This document shows, piece after piece, positions 11,110-20,875 of a stretch of 64,000 bases of DNA. Each line of letters begins with the position of its first letter. Position 1 is the first letter of the stretch. Made by a program: the position numbers and the translations under genes. Source of the DNA: an uncultured Chloroflexia bacterium (lineage in GTDB: Bacteria > Chloroflexota > Limnocylindria > Limnocylindrales > CSP1-4); contig CAWHXD010000006.1 of assembly GCA_963833225.1 (NCBI GenBank), forward strand, positions 310,846 to 374,845, given 5' to 3'. A model generated the notes under the pieces. The model saw only the letters and a list, made by a program, of their open reading frames with translations, did no database searches and was not told the DNA's origin.

Positions 11110-11987
11110 AGGACCTTGGCGAAGTTGGGCTCGACCCGCTTGAACAGCAGGATGGCGAGCGTGAGCAGCACCAGCGACACGATCCCCACGTTGACGAGCC
11201 CGCCCCAGTGCGGTGCCATGCCCTCGTAGATCACGTTTCGGTAGGCCCCGATGAGGTAGGTGAAGGGGTTGATCGAGTACCAGGTCTCGATCGCAGGACC
11301 CAGCCCGTTCTGGCGGGCGGTGATCTCCTTGACCTGGTCCATCCCGTACAGCGTGGGCGACAGGTAGAACCAGAACCGCATCAGGTGGCGGGCGACGTTC
11401 CCGATGTCACGGTAGAACACGTTGAGGGCCGACACGGCGATCGCGACCGCCGTCGAGAACACCAGCTGGACGATCGCGATGACCGGGATCAGGACGATCC
11501 ACAGCGTCAGCCGGTGCGGATAGAACAGGATCATCATGAATATGAGCGGGATCAGACCGAACAGGAAGTTGACCACGCCCGAAGCCGAAACCGCGATCGG
11601 CAGGACGAGCTTGGGAAAGTAGATCTGCTTGATCAGGCGCTCCGACCCCACCACCGTCTGGAGGCCGGCCTTGACCGTGGCGTCGAACCATTTCCAGGGC
11701 AGGATGGCCGCGAAGATGAACAGGGGGAAATCTGCGTATCTGTTGCGCCCCAGGATCACCCCGACCAGCAGGTAGTAGACGAGCATCTGGAGCAGCGGAT
11801 CGACGATCCACCAGATGTTGCCCAGCAGGGTGTCGGCGCCGGTCTTCTTGAGGTCGGCGCGCACAAGATAAGCGATGAGCCGTCGTCGGGACAGCGTTTC
11901 GGTGATGCCGATGCGGATCAGCGCCAGCGGGCCGGGACGTACCGACGACGACCGGAACGAGGACGGCACCTCGGATCTGGCAGTCAC
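11106..11987 (-). CDS. ABC-2 transporter permease, Wzm/TagG-type
   Basis: LGNIWWIVDPL, LIKQIYFP, NVFYRDI, INPFTYLIGAYR; likely GTG start at 11987 after TGcTACTCT. Confidence 0.9.
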   Translation of the reverse strand: MTARSEVPSSFRSSSVRPGPLALIRIGITETLSRRRLIAYLVRADLKKTGADTLLGNIWWIVDPLLQMLVYYLLVGVILGRNRYADFPLFIFAAILPWKWFDATVKAGLQTVVGSERLIKQIYFPKLVLPIAVSASGVVNFLFGLIPLIFMMILFYPHRLTLWIVLIPVIAIVQLVFSTAVAIAVSALNVFYRDIGNVARHLMRFWFYLSPTLYGMDQVKEITARQNGLGPAIETWYSINPFTYLIGAYRNVIYEGMAPHWGGLVNVGIVSLVLLTLAILLFKRVEPNFAKVL

Positions 11988-12146
11988 GGCCGGGAGAGTA
12001 GCACGCTGCCCCCGCGCACCGGCCGCGCATGCCGCGCACACCGGCCGCGCGCGCGCATGGGGTACCATCCGCCCCGCACCGTCCGCCGTCCGGACTGACG
12101 TCGTGGCCGGCAGCGACAGACACCACTTGAGGAATCTCCGACCATC

Positions 12147-13859
12147 ATGACTCCACGCCCCAAGCCGACGCCGCGAGCTCGCACCTGGGACGACCGCGAG
12201 CGGCGCAACATGCTGCTCAACTTGGGCTTCGGCTTGACCGTCGTGGCAGCGCTGTTGCTGCTGCTCCTGGCCTGGGGGGTCTCCTGGTACACGGACCACC
12301 TCGCCGCCGCCGGATCCGTCAACGGCACCACCATCACTCGCGACGAGTTCATGAAGCAGGTCGCGATCAACCAGTTCCGCGCCAGCTACCAGCAGAGCCG
12401 GATCCGGACGCTGCTGGTAGCTGGCCACATCGGGGCCGCGGATGCCACGGCTCGCCAGAACGTGATCGACCAGCGCCTGCAGCAGCTCGGCTCCCTTTCG
12501 CTCGAGCAGCTGATCGACGGCACGCTCCAGGCGAGCCTCGCCGTCGACCAGGGCGTCACCGTCACGGCCGCCGACGTGGACGCCCGCCTCAAGGAGGAGG
12601 CCACGACCCCCGAGCTCCGCCACGCCTGGGTCATCGAGGTCAAGCCGGAGGTCGTGGCCGGCGCCACCGGTCCCACCGACGAGGCCGTCGCCGCCGCCAA
12701 GGCCACCGCGGACACGGCGCTCGCGGACCTGCGCTCGGGCCAGGACTGGGAGACCGTCGCCAAGGCCGTGTCCACGGCGGCCAGCAAGGACCAGGCGGGT
12801 GACCTCGGCTTCATCGACGAGAACACCACGCTCGACGCCTCCTTCCACGAGGCGCTGCAGGCCGTTGCCGTGGACACCCCCACGGACGTCCTGGCCGGGT
12901 CTGACCAGATCTTCCGCATCGGACGGGTGACCGAGATCATCGCCCCGGTCGAGGACGCGACGTTCACGACCCAGATCACCGAGGCCGGCATCTCGCTCGA
13001 CGACTATCGCGCTGCCGTCCGGCGGGACGTGACCCGCACCAAGCTCAACGACGTCATCGTTGCCCAGTACCTGGCGCCCTCGCCGCAGCGCGAGACGTCA
13101 GAGATCTTCATGCAGCAGAGCAACAGCGAAACCGGGCCGTCCGCCGTCCGCGTCCGGCACATCCTCTACTCGCCCAACCACGACCCGCAGGGGGCCGCGG
13201 CCCTCGCCGATGACGATCCCGCGTGGGTCGCCGCGAAGGCGGATGCCGACGCCGCATACGCGAAGATCGAGGCAGACCCGTCGCTGTTCGACTCGATCGC
13301 CAGGACCGAGTCCGATGACACGGCCTCGGCGCCCTATGGCGGCAAGCTGGGCTACGTTGCCGACGATGGCACGATGGTCCAGGAGTTTGCCGACGCGATC
13401 TTCGCTCCCGGCCTGACGGCCGGCCAGCTGCTGGCTCCCGTCAAGACGGCGTTCGGCTGGCACCTGATCCAGATCATGAGCTATCCGACGGACGTGGAGT
13501 GGATGACCATCCTCCGGAACCGCATCGAGTCGGGTGAGCTCACGTTCGCCGATGCGGCCCGCGACAACTCGGACACGACCGAGTCCGCGGATGGCGGCTC
13601 CCTAGGCTGGATCGGCAGGGGCCAGCTCCCGCAGGTCCGCGAGGACGCGATCTTCGCGGCGCCGATCGGCAAGCCCAGCCAGACGCTGGTCGTGGACGGC
13701 GAGGGGATCTACATGTTCCTCGTTGCCAAGGAGGAGACGCGCGCGCCGGATGCCGAGCAGAAGGCGACGCTCGAGGTCTCCGCGTTCTCGATCTGGTATG
13801 CGAAGGAGAAGGCCAACGCCGTGATCGAGCGCGACAGCCAGATCACCGGCGGGATCTGA
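12147..13859 (+). CDS. Membrane-anchored peptidylprolyl isomerase (SurA/PrsA/PpiD-like, several parvulin domains)
   Basis: N-terminal TM; GDLGF, VRHIL, GGKLGY, PVKTAFGWHLI, GGSLGWI motifs. Confidence 0.85.
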   Translation: MTPRPKPTPRARTWDDRERRNMLLNLGFGLTVVAALLLLLLAWGVSWYTDHLAAAGSVNGTTITRDEFMKQVAINQFRASYQQSRIRTLLVAGHIGAADATARQNVIDQRLQQLGSLSLEQLIDGTLQASLAVDQGVTVTAADVDARLKEEATTPELRHAWVIEVKPEVVAGATGPTDEAVAAAKATADTALADLRSGQDWETVAKAVSTAASKDQAGDLGFIDENTTLDASFHEALQAVAVDTPTDVLAGSDQIFRIGRVTEIIAPVEDATFTTQITEAGISLDDYRAAVRRDVTRTKLNDVIVAQYLAPSPQRETSEIFMQQSNSETGPSAVRVRHILYSPNHDPQGAAALADDDPAWVAAKADADAAYAKIEADPSLFDSIARTESDDTASAPYGGKLGYVADDGTMVQEFADAIFAPGLTAGQLLAPVKTAFGWHLIQIMSYPTDVEWMTILRNRIESGELTFADAARDNSDTTESADGGSLGWIGRGQLPQVREDAIFAAPIGKPSQTLVVDGEGIYMFLVAKEETRAPDAEQKATLEVSAFSIWYAKEKANAVIERDSQITGGI

Positions 13860-13876
13860 CGGGCGGCGACGAGCCG

Positions 13877-15042
13877 ATGCTGGACGCGCTCCTCGCCGAG
13901 GCCCGGGTTCGCTGGAGCCTGGATCCGGCGGCCGGCGTGTCGGTGGTGGTCGCCGAGCGCCTCGTCGCCACCCCGATCGAGCCCTCGCTGCCGGTGATCG
14001 TGGTGCCGGCCGTTCGCCTCCGGGCGCCCCTCGCGGGCGATGAGCCCGCGCCGGGGCCGCTGCCGGGGCGCCACGGTGCGACGGGTCGTGATCCGGTCGA
14101 GGTCCTGCGCCGCCTGTACCCTCCCGGCCACGCCGTTGGACGGTTTGGCAACCCGGACGGCACCACCATCGGTGCGCTGACCGCCAATGACCTGGAGGTC
14201 CCGCTGTACCTGGCACCGGTCGAGCCGGTGGCAAACCATGCCTCGCCATGGGGCATGCCCTGGATCTCGGACCGTCTCCGGGCGCCCGACGGGTGTCCGT
14301 GGGATCGCGAGCAGACCCACCAGTCGCTGCGCGGCCATCTGCTGGAGGAGGCCTACGAGGTCTACGACGCGCTCGAGTCGGGCGCCACCCCGGAGCTGGC
14401 CGGCGAGCTGGGAGACCTGCTTCTCCAGGTCGTCCTCCACGCGCAGCTCGCCGCGGAGCAGGGCGTGTTCGACATGACCGACGTGTGGGCCGCGATCACC
14501 ACCAAGATCGTCCGCCGGCATCCCCACGTGTTCGGCGAGTCCGAGGCGCGGACCGCATCGGACGTGAACCGCCAGTGGGAACGGATCAAGCAGGGCGAGC
14601 GTGCCGCCGCCGCGGAGGCGGACGGCGGCGAGGCGCCGGCCAAGAGTGCCCTCGACGGCATCAGCCGCTCGCTGCCGGCGCTCGCCGCCAGCCAGGAGAT
14701 GCAGGAGCGGGCCGCGCACCTGGGCTACGACTGGCCGTCCATCGACGGCGTCCTCGACAAGGTGCGCGAGGAGGTCGGCGAGCTCGTCGAGGCGGACAGC
14801 GACGCGCACCGCGCGGAGGAGCTGGGCGACCTGCTGTTCGTGCTGGTGAACGTCGGACGCAAGACGGGCGTCGAGGTCGAGTCGGCCCTGCGGCCGCCAA
14901 TGACAAGTTCCGCCGGAGGTTCCGGCACGTGGAGCTCGACGCCGCCGCGCGCGGCACGGCGCTCCGCGACATGACCTTCGAGGAGCTGGACGCGCTCTGG
15001 GACGCCGCCAAGGCGACCGAGCGCGGGGAGGCGACAGCATGA
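13877..15042 (+). CDS. mazG: Nucleoside triphosphate pyrophosphohydrolase MazG (frameshift near 14890)
   Basis: [45 protein letters not shown]; C-terminus [18 protein letters not shown] lies in the alternate frame ending at 15042. Confidence 0.92.
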
Positions 15043-15773
15043 GCATCGGCAACCGTGGACACGTGCGCGCGGATGGGCGCGGACCGAGCGAGATCCGCCC
15101 GATCTCCATCGAGCTGGGCGTCCAGAAGTGGGCCGAGGGCTCGTGCCTCATCCGGTTCGGCGACACCCAGGTCCTGTGCGCGGCGACCATCGAGGACCGT
15201 GTCCCGCCCCACCTGCGCGGCAAGGGGACCGGCTGGGTCACCGGCACCTACGAGATGCTGCCGCGGGCCACCGCCGAGCGCTCCGAGCGTGAGAGCGCGA
15301 GGGGACGGATCGGGGGCCGGACCCATGAGATCCAGCGGCTTGTCGGGCGGTCCCTGCGCGGCATCGTGGACCTCTCCCGGCTCGGCGAGCGGACGGTCAC
15401 CGTGGACTGCGACGTGATCGTGGCCGATGGCGGCACGCGCACCGCGTCGATCACCGGCGGCTTCGTGGCCCTCGCCGCGGCCCTGATCACGTACGGCATG
15501 GACCGCCACCTCGTCGGGCACGTCGCGGCCGTGAGCGTGGGGATCATCGAGGGCGTCAACATGCTGGACCTCGACTACAGCGAGGACTCGCGGGCCGAGG
15601 TGGACTTCAACGTGGTCGGCACCGATGCCGGCAGCTACGTGGAGCTCCAGGGGACCGCCGAGGGCAAGCCATTCGATCGGGCGCGGCTCGACGAGCTGCT
15701 CGACCTCGCCAATGTCGGCCTCGCCCGGCTGTTCGAGGCCCAGGCGCAGGCGATCGCCACGGTGAGGCGCTAG
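15039..15773 (+). CDS. rph: Ribonuclease PH
   Basis: [49 protein letters not shown]. Confidence 0.97.
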   Translation: MSIGNRGHVRADGRGPSEIRPISIELGVQKWAEGSCLIRFGDTQVLCAATIEDRVPPHLRGKGTGWVTGTYEMLPRATAERSERESARGRIGGRTHEIQRLVGRSLRGIVDLSRLGERTVTVDCDVIVADGGTRTASITGGFVALAAALITYGMDRHLVGHVAAVSVGIIEGVNMLDLDYSEDSRAEVDFNVVGTDAGSYVELQGTAEGKPFDRARLDELLDLANVGLARLFEAQAQAIATVRR

Positions 15774-16426
15774 TGCCGGAGGCCCCCGCCGCCGCCCGGC
15801 TGCTCGTCGCGACCCGCTCGCGTCACAAGCTCCGCGAACTGGGCGAGCTGCTCGACCTGCCGCCGGGCGTGGAGCTGCTCTCGCCCGACGACCTGGGAAT
15901 CGAGGGCGAGCCGGACGAGACCGGGCGCACGTTCGAGACGAACGCGAGGATCAAGGCCCGCTACTACGCTGTCCGATCCGGCCTGCCGACGCTGGCCGAC
16001 GATTCGGGCCTCGAGGTGGACGCCCTCGGTGGCGGTCCCGGCGTGTATACGCGCCGGTACGCGGGACCCGACGCGAGCGACGCCGACAACAACGCCAAGC
16101 TCCTGGACGAGCTTGCTGGCCTCCCGCCGGAACGGCGCGGGGCCCGCTACGTGTGCGTGCTCGCACTGGCGCTCCCGGATGAGGCCGGGCCACGCGGGGC
16201 CGTCCGGATCCTGGCCCGGCGCGGGACGTGCCGTGGCCGCATTGCCACGGGCCTCCGCGGCGACGGCGGCTTCGGGTACGACCCGTTGTTCGAGCCATCG
16301 CAGGAGCCGCCCGGCGGCCGGACGCTCGGCCAGTGGTCGGCGGCCGAGAAGCACGCCATCTCGCACCGGGCGCGCGCTGCTCGGCGGATGGCCCCGGTCC
16401 TGCGCGAGGTCCTGGCGCGGCGCTGA
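15773..16426 (+). CDS. rdgB: Non-canonical purine NTP pyrophosphatase (RdgB/HAM1)
   Basis: ADDSGLEVDALGGGPGVY, GFGYDPLF, KHAISHR; syntenic with rph. Confidence 0.95.
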   Translation: MPEAPAAARLLVATRSRHKLRELGELLDLPPGVELLSPDDLGIEGEPDETGRTFETNARIKARYYAVRSGLPTLADDSGLEVDALGGGPGVYTRRYAGPDASDADNNAKLLDELAGLPPERRGARYVCVLALALPDEAGPRGAVRILARRGTCRGRIATGLRGDGGFGYDPLFEPSQEPPGGRTLGQWSAAEKHAISHRARAARRMAPVLREVLARR

Positions 16427-16445
16427 GGTCGGGCGCGGGCCCCAC

Positions 16446-16988
16446 CTATGACGCGCGGTACTCCGCGGAGGCCATGTCCGAGTCCAGGAAGACCGAGGAA
16501 ATCGACTCCCCCAGACTCAGGTCGTTGATGACGACCCCCCGCAGCGTCAAGGTCCCGGCGGCGCTGGACACCATGACGACGTCAAAGTGGGCGCCCGTGG
16601 CGCTGGCCTCGATCACGCGCGGGTCGAGCGCGTCGGTGGCGAGGGTGACCTCGATGATGGAGGCCGACGCCCGGCGCTCCAGGGAATACGAGTTGATCTC
16701 CATCAGGGACGCGATCTCCGGGATGGCCATCGTCGGTCCGGCCGTGGCCTTTGGAGCGGCAGCGGGTTTGGCCGCGGGCGAAGCCGGCGTGCCACCCTCG
16801 CGCTGGACGGGCGTCCGTAGCGCAACCGGTCCCCGCCCGGCCAGGAGATCCACGACCGAACGATTGCCCGATGCCACCTGAAGACCGAGCAGTACGTCAG
16901 CGGTGGTCTGCGGGCCGCCGTCCCGGGGCGCGATCCTTCGCTCCTGCTCGCTCGTGTCTTCCCGCGGGCGGGGCCGATGGGACTTCAT
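16446..16988 (-). CDS. Hypothetical protein: LQxxxGNxxV-type leader + Hcp/tail-tube-like C-terminal domain
   Basis: ATG 16988 (C-terminal part of ORF 16446-17741): LLGLQVASGNRSVVDLL..VQRE, Pro/Ala linker, then EINSYSL..EVTLATDALDPRVIEASATGAHFDVV..LTLRGVVINDLS..EY. Confidence 0.55.
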   Translation of the reverse strand: MKSHRPRPREDTSEQERRIAPRDGGPQTTADVLLGLQVASGNRSVVDLLAGRGPVALRTPVQREGGTPASPAAKPAAAPKATAGPTMAIPEIASLMEINSYSLERRASASIIEVTLATDALDPRVIEASATGAHFDVVMVSSAAGTLTLRGVVINDLSLGESISSVFLDSDMASAEYRAS

Positions 16989-17038
16989 TGCTGGCCGCGG
17001 TGCATGCCCCGGACCGTACGGCCGCGCGGACGCCGGAG

Positions 17039-18154
17039 TCAAGGGACCCGGGCTGGCCGATGTTGCGACGGCTCGTGCTGGATTGGCTCCCCGTACCAGC
17101 GCCGGCCCAGCCAGAACGCGACGTTGACGAGGGCGATCATCACCGGGACCTCGACCAGCGGTCCGATGACCGCGGCGAAGGCCGCCCCGCTGCCGATGCC
17201 GAACGTCGCCACGGCGACCGCGATCGCCAGCTCGAAGTTGTTGGACGCCGCCGTGAACGAGAGCGCCGTGGTCTGCCCGTAGCTGGCCCCCGCCCGGACG
17301 CTCATGGCGAACGTGACCAGGAACATGACCACGAAGTAGATGAGCAGCGGGATCGCGATCCGGACCACGTCCAGGGGCAGCGCGATGATGTTCTCGCCCT
17401 TGATCGAGAACATCACGACGATCGTGAACAGCAGGGCGATCAGCGTCACCGGGCTGATGCGCGGGATGAAGGTGCCCTCGTACCAGGCCCGGCCGTTGCG
17501 GCGAATCAGCAGGATCCGGGTCAGGAACCCGGCGATGAACGGGATGCCGAGGTAGATGAACACGCTCTGCGCGATCTGGCCGATCGTGATGTCGACGGCC
17601 AGTCCCGGCAGCCCGATCCAGGTCGGGAGCACGGTGATGAACACGAACGCGAACACGGAGTAGAACAGGACCTGGAAGATCGAGTTGAACGCGACCAGCG
17701 CGGCCGCGTACTCCGGATCGCCGCGCGCGAGGTCGTTCCACACGATGACCATCGCGATGCAGCGCGCAAGGCCGATCAGGATCAGCCCGGCCATGTACTC
17801 GGGCTGGTCACGCAGGAAGACCACCGCCAGCCCGAACATCAGCAGCGGGCCGATGACCCAGTTCTGGACCAGCGACAGGGCGAGGATCCGCGTGTCCCGG
17901 AACACGCGCCCGATCTCCTCGTACCGCACCTTGGCCAGCGGTGGGTACATCATCAGGATCAGGCCCAGCGCGATCGGGATCGAGGTCGTCCCGACGCTGA
18001 GCCGGTCCAGCAGCGGGACCACGCCGGGGACCAGCGCGCCGAGCGCGATGCCGCCGGCCATCGCCGAGAAGATCCAGACCGTGAGGTAGCGATCCAGCAG
18101 CTTGAGGCGGCGCGCGGGTGCCACCGGCGCCGTGGGGGCCGTGACGGGGGTCAT
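17039..18154 (-). CDS. acr3: ACR3 family arsenite efflux transporter
   Basis: [38 protein letters not shown] (conserved Cys), [18 protein letters not shown]. Confidence 0.97.
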   Translation of the reverse strand: MTPVTAPTAPVAPARRLKLLDRYLTVWIFSAMAGGIALGALVPGVVPLLDRLSVGTTSIPIALGLILMMYPPLAKVRYEEIGRVFRDTRILALSLVQNWVIGPLLMFGLAVVFLRDQPEYMAGLILIGLARCIAMVIVWNDLARGDPEYAAALVAFNSIFQVLFYSVFAFVFITVLPTWIGLPGLAVDITIGQIAQSVFIYLGIPFIAGFLTRILLIRRNGRAWYEGTFIPRISPVTLIALLFTIVVMFSIKGENIIALPLDVVRIAIPLLIYFVVMFLVTFAMSVRAGASYGQTTALSFTAASNNFELAIAVAVATFGIGSGAAFAAVIGPLVEVPVMIALVNVAFWLGRRWYGEPIQHEPSQHRPARVP

Positions 18155-18993
18155 CGTGCCGGCCGCTCGGCAACGACGGACGGCCGTGCCCGGCCCGCCG
18201 CGCGGAGCGCCACCTCGATGAACGGCCGCAGGCGGCCGGCAACCTCCTGCTCCGTTCTTCGGAATGCGGCCAGCTTCTGCTCGTCCGTGCCCTCGACCTC
18301 GGACGGATCGTCAAGGCCCCAGTGCAGCGTGTTGGTGGACCCGGGGAACACCGGGCACGTCTCGCGGGCCCGGTCGCACACCGTGATCACGTAGTCGAAC
18401 CGCTGGTCAAGGAACTCGGTGATCACCTTGCTCCGGGCACCGGACCAGTCGATGCCGGCCTCGCCCAGGACGCGGATGGCGAACGGGTTCACCCGGGTCG
18501 CCTCCGTGCCCGCCGAGTGGACCTCGAAGTCCGCGCCGCCGTAGCGCGCGAGCAGCGCCTCGGCGATCTGGCTGCGCGCCGAGTTGTGCGTGCACACGAA
18601 GAGCACACGGATCGGATCGGCCACCGGGTTCATCCTCCTTGCGCGGCCACCGGCCGCGATCGTCTGCTCCAGGTCGACGAGCTCCCCCTCGAGCCGGTCG
18701 AGGTCATCACGCTGGCGCGCGATGGCGGCCCGTTGCTCGGCCAGCATCGGCCCCAGCCCGAGGTCCACGGCGCCCAGCTCCAAACACAGGCTTGCGAGCC
18801 GCCCGGCTTCTCGCGGGGCCACGCCCAGTCGCCGCAGGGCGACGACGAGCCGGAGCCGAGCCACATCGACATGCGCATAGCTGCGGTAGCCATTATCCCG
18901 CCGGTCCGGGACCGGCAGCACGCCTGCCCGCTCGTACCAGCGGACAGCTGACGGGGCAATCCCGACGCGGTGGGCGAGCTCGGCAATGCGCAT
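18151..18993 (-). CDS. MerR-family HTH domain fused in frame to a thioredoxin-type arsenate reductase ArsC (LMW-PTP fold)
   Basis: N-terminal [23 protein letters not shown] plus coiled coil; C-terminal [36 protein letters not shown]. No stop between the domains. Confidence 0.9.
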   Translation of the reverse strand: MRIAELAHRVGIAPSAVRWYERAGVLPVPDRRDNGYRSYAHVDVARLRLVVALRRLGVAPREAGRLASLCLELGAVDLGLGPMLAEQRAAIARQRDDLDRLEGELVDLEQTIAAGGRARRMNPVADPIRVLFVCTHNSARSQIAEALLARYGGADFEVHSAGTEATRVNPFAIRVLGEAGIDWSGARSKVITEFLDQRFDYVITVCDRARETCPVFPGSTNTLHWGLDDPSEVEGTDEQKLAAFRRTEQEVAGRLRPFIEVALRAAGRARPSVVAERPAR

Positions 18994-18999
18994 GTCCGT

Positions 19000-19030
19000 A
19001 GCCTAGACCTTCAAGTGACTCGAAGGTCAA
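19000..19030 (-). promoter_or_regulatory. MerR-type promoter/operator: -35 TTGACC, 19-bp spacer, -10 TAGGCT, with dyad GACCTTCGAGT-C-ACTTGAAGGTC
   Basis: Minus strand 19030->19000 reads TTGACC TTCGAGTCACTTGAAGGTC TAGGCT. Inverted repeat 19006-19028 matches 10 of 11. ATG follows the -10 after 6 nt. Confidence 0.88.
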
Positions 19031-19049
19031 GCCACTTGCCGAGGCAGCC

Positions 19050-19892
19050 TCAGCGACCGAAGCGGCGTGCCCGTTGCTGGTAGGTGCGGATCGCCCGCAG
19101 GAAGTCGATCTCCCGGAACGCCGGCCAGTAGACGTCGCAGAAGTGGTACTCGCTGTAGACACTCTGCCAGGGCAGGAATCCCGACATTCGGATCTCGCCG
19201 GAGGTCCGGATGATCAGGTCCGGATCCGATGAGCCGTGGGTGTAGAGGTGGGCGGCGAGCGCCTCGGCGGTGATGCTGTCGGCAAGCCCGGCCGGTGGCG
19301 TGCCCGCCGCGACGGCGTCCCGGACCGTGGCCCGGAAGGCCTCGAGGAGCTCGTCCCGGCCGCTGTAGGCGATCGCCACCGTCACCGAGATCGCGCCGTC
19401 GGTGTGGGACAGCGTCCCCGCCCGTTCGACGGCTTCGGCGAGGCCGGCCGGGAGGACGTCGCGCCGACCGATCACGTGCAGCTCCACCGGGGCGCTCGTC
19501 CGCCGCCGACCCGACGCAAGCGCGCTGATCGCCTCGCTGGCGACATCGGTGATCGTCGTCACCTCGTCGGCCGGCCGCTCGAGATTCTCCATCGACAGCG
19601 CCCACAGCGTGACCTCGTGGATCCCGAGTTCAACGCACCAGTCGATGAGCTCGAGGGCCTTCTCGGCGCCTCGCCGATGGCCCTCCCCGAGGTCGGGGTA
19701 CCCCTCCGCCGTCGCCCATCTGCGGTTGCCATCCATGATCAGCGCGATATGGCCGGGCCGTGGCCTCGCGCACACGGCCGCTCGCAGGCGGGCAACGTAG
19801 AACGCGTAGGCCGGGGCGAGGATGACGCCGACCGCGCGCCGGTAGGCGCGGCCGAAGCGTCCGTTGGCGAGCGTCGTGAGCGGATCGGCCAT
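19050..19892 (-). CDS. uppS: cis-prenyltransferase (UppS family, Rv1086-like)
   Basis: HIALIMDGNRRWA, LSMENLER, DPDLIIRTSGEIRMSGFLPWQ, RRFGR C-terminus. Confidence 0.92.
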   Translation of the reverse strand: MADPLTTLANGRFGRAYRRAVGVILAPAYAFYVARLRAAVCARPRPGHIALIMDGNRRWATAEGYPDLGEGHRRGAEKALELIDWCVELGIHEVTLWALSMENLERPADEVTTITDVASEAISALASGRRRTSAPVELHVIGRRDVLPAGLAEAVERAGTLSHTDGAISVTVAIAYSGRDELLEAFRATVRDAVAAGTPPAGLADSITAEALAAHLYTHGSSDPDLIIRTSGEIRMSGFLPWQSVYSEYHFCDVYWPAFREIDFLRAIRTYQQRARRFGR

Positions 19893-20163
19893 CGGGTCTC
19901 CCTGGGTGCAGGACGCAGACAAGACGGTAGCCGCCCGCCTCGCGTGGCGTCCCGATCAACGAGGGCTCGATCGGCGACGGCTCGCTCGTTCGACACCGGC
20001 GCGTCCGGACAGCGGACCGGGCATGGTCCGACGAGCTGGGCGCGCGCCACCCTGCGAGCACGCCGCCCGGGTCACCACCGCAGAACCCGGTGTGATCGCA
20101 TGGCCTGTGGTCATTCCCGGCGAGTGCGGGCGGCGAGCCCGATCCGATCCGGCTTACGGAATC

Positions 20164-20196
20164 GGCAAACCGCCCGGGGTCTCCGGGCGGTCTGCT
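20164..20196 (-). terminator. Stable hairpin, probable terminator of the 20312-20875 gene
   Basis: GGCAAACCGCCCGG-GGTCT-CCGGGCGGTCTGCT stem-loop; only a weak U-tract. Confidence 0.4.
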
Positions 20197-20311
20197 CGAC
20201 ACGGGATGGACCCGCTGGGCCGGGGAGTCGACTGCCGACAGGGACGTGCGATGTCAGTGACGTTCCGACGCGGCCGGCCCGGCACGCAGGTGGATGGCAG
20301 GTGGTGGGCCT

Positions 20312-20875
20312 CTACGGCTTGAACTTGAGGTCGTCTCCGTTGAAGGTGCTGACCATCGAGACCAGCAGCCCATCGTCGGTGATATAGGCGTCCGAGCCCC
20401 GGTAGGGCTCGGCCAGGAACGGGGCGTCAGCCTCCCAGAGCACGGCGATCGTGCCACCGGTCACCTGCCGGGAGATCTCCGTGAACTGGATCCCGCACAG
20501 CCCTCCGTCGGCGGGCGTCAGGCTCACGAACCCGGCGAACGTCGCGGCGGCTTCCGTCCTGCCCTTGATGAGCGATGCGACGTCCCGGAGCTCGTAGCTG
20601 TCCGGGTACTGCTGCATCAGCCCCTTCCAGTCACAGGTGTTGAGGGCCGTCAGGTGCTGGGCGAGCACGGCATCCGGTGTCTTCTCCCGGACCAGGCCCG
20701 GCGACACCTCGCCCGTGATGGGGTTCGTGACGGCGCTCGCCGTGTACTTGTGGGAGTTGCTGTTCCACCCGGGTGGGGTCTTTCCATTGCCCGCGACGAC
20801 GATCGCGGCGCTGGCGAGCAGTGTGAGCGCCATGAGCGTCACCAAGCCGACTCGGAGTCTGCGCACTTGGTCCAC
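20312..20875 (-). CDS. Secreted NTF2/SnoaL-like fold protein
   Basis: AAGGAGG before GTG; signal peptide; TPDAVLAQHLTALN..DW..LMQQY, IKGR, GSDAYITDDGLLVS pattern. Confidence 0.65.
   Translation of the reverse strand: MDQVRRLRVGLVTLMALTLLASAAIVVAGNGKTPPGWNSNSHKYTASAVTNPITGEVSPGLVREKTPDAVLAQHLTALNTCDWKGLMQQYPDSYELRDVASLIKGRTEAAATFAGFVSLTPADGGLCGIQFTEISRQVTGGTIAVLWEADAPFLAEPYRGSDAYITDDGLLVSMVSTFNGDDLKFKP

Noticed and set aside
13877-14230. MazG N-terminal extension as a novel domain
   Set aside because: Resembles a degenerate YabN-type tetrapyrrole-methylase remnant, a known architecture.
20160-20200. GGCAAACC..hairpin as a c-di-GMP-I riboswitch
   Set aside because: Lacks the GAAA loop, GACGCAAAG and second stem; orientation fits a terminator.
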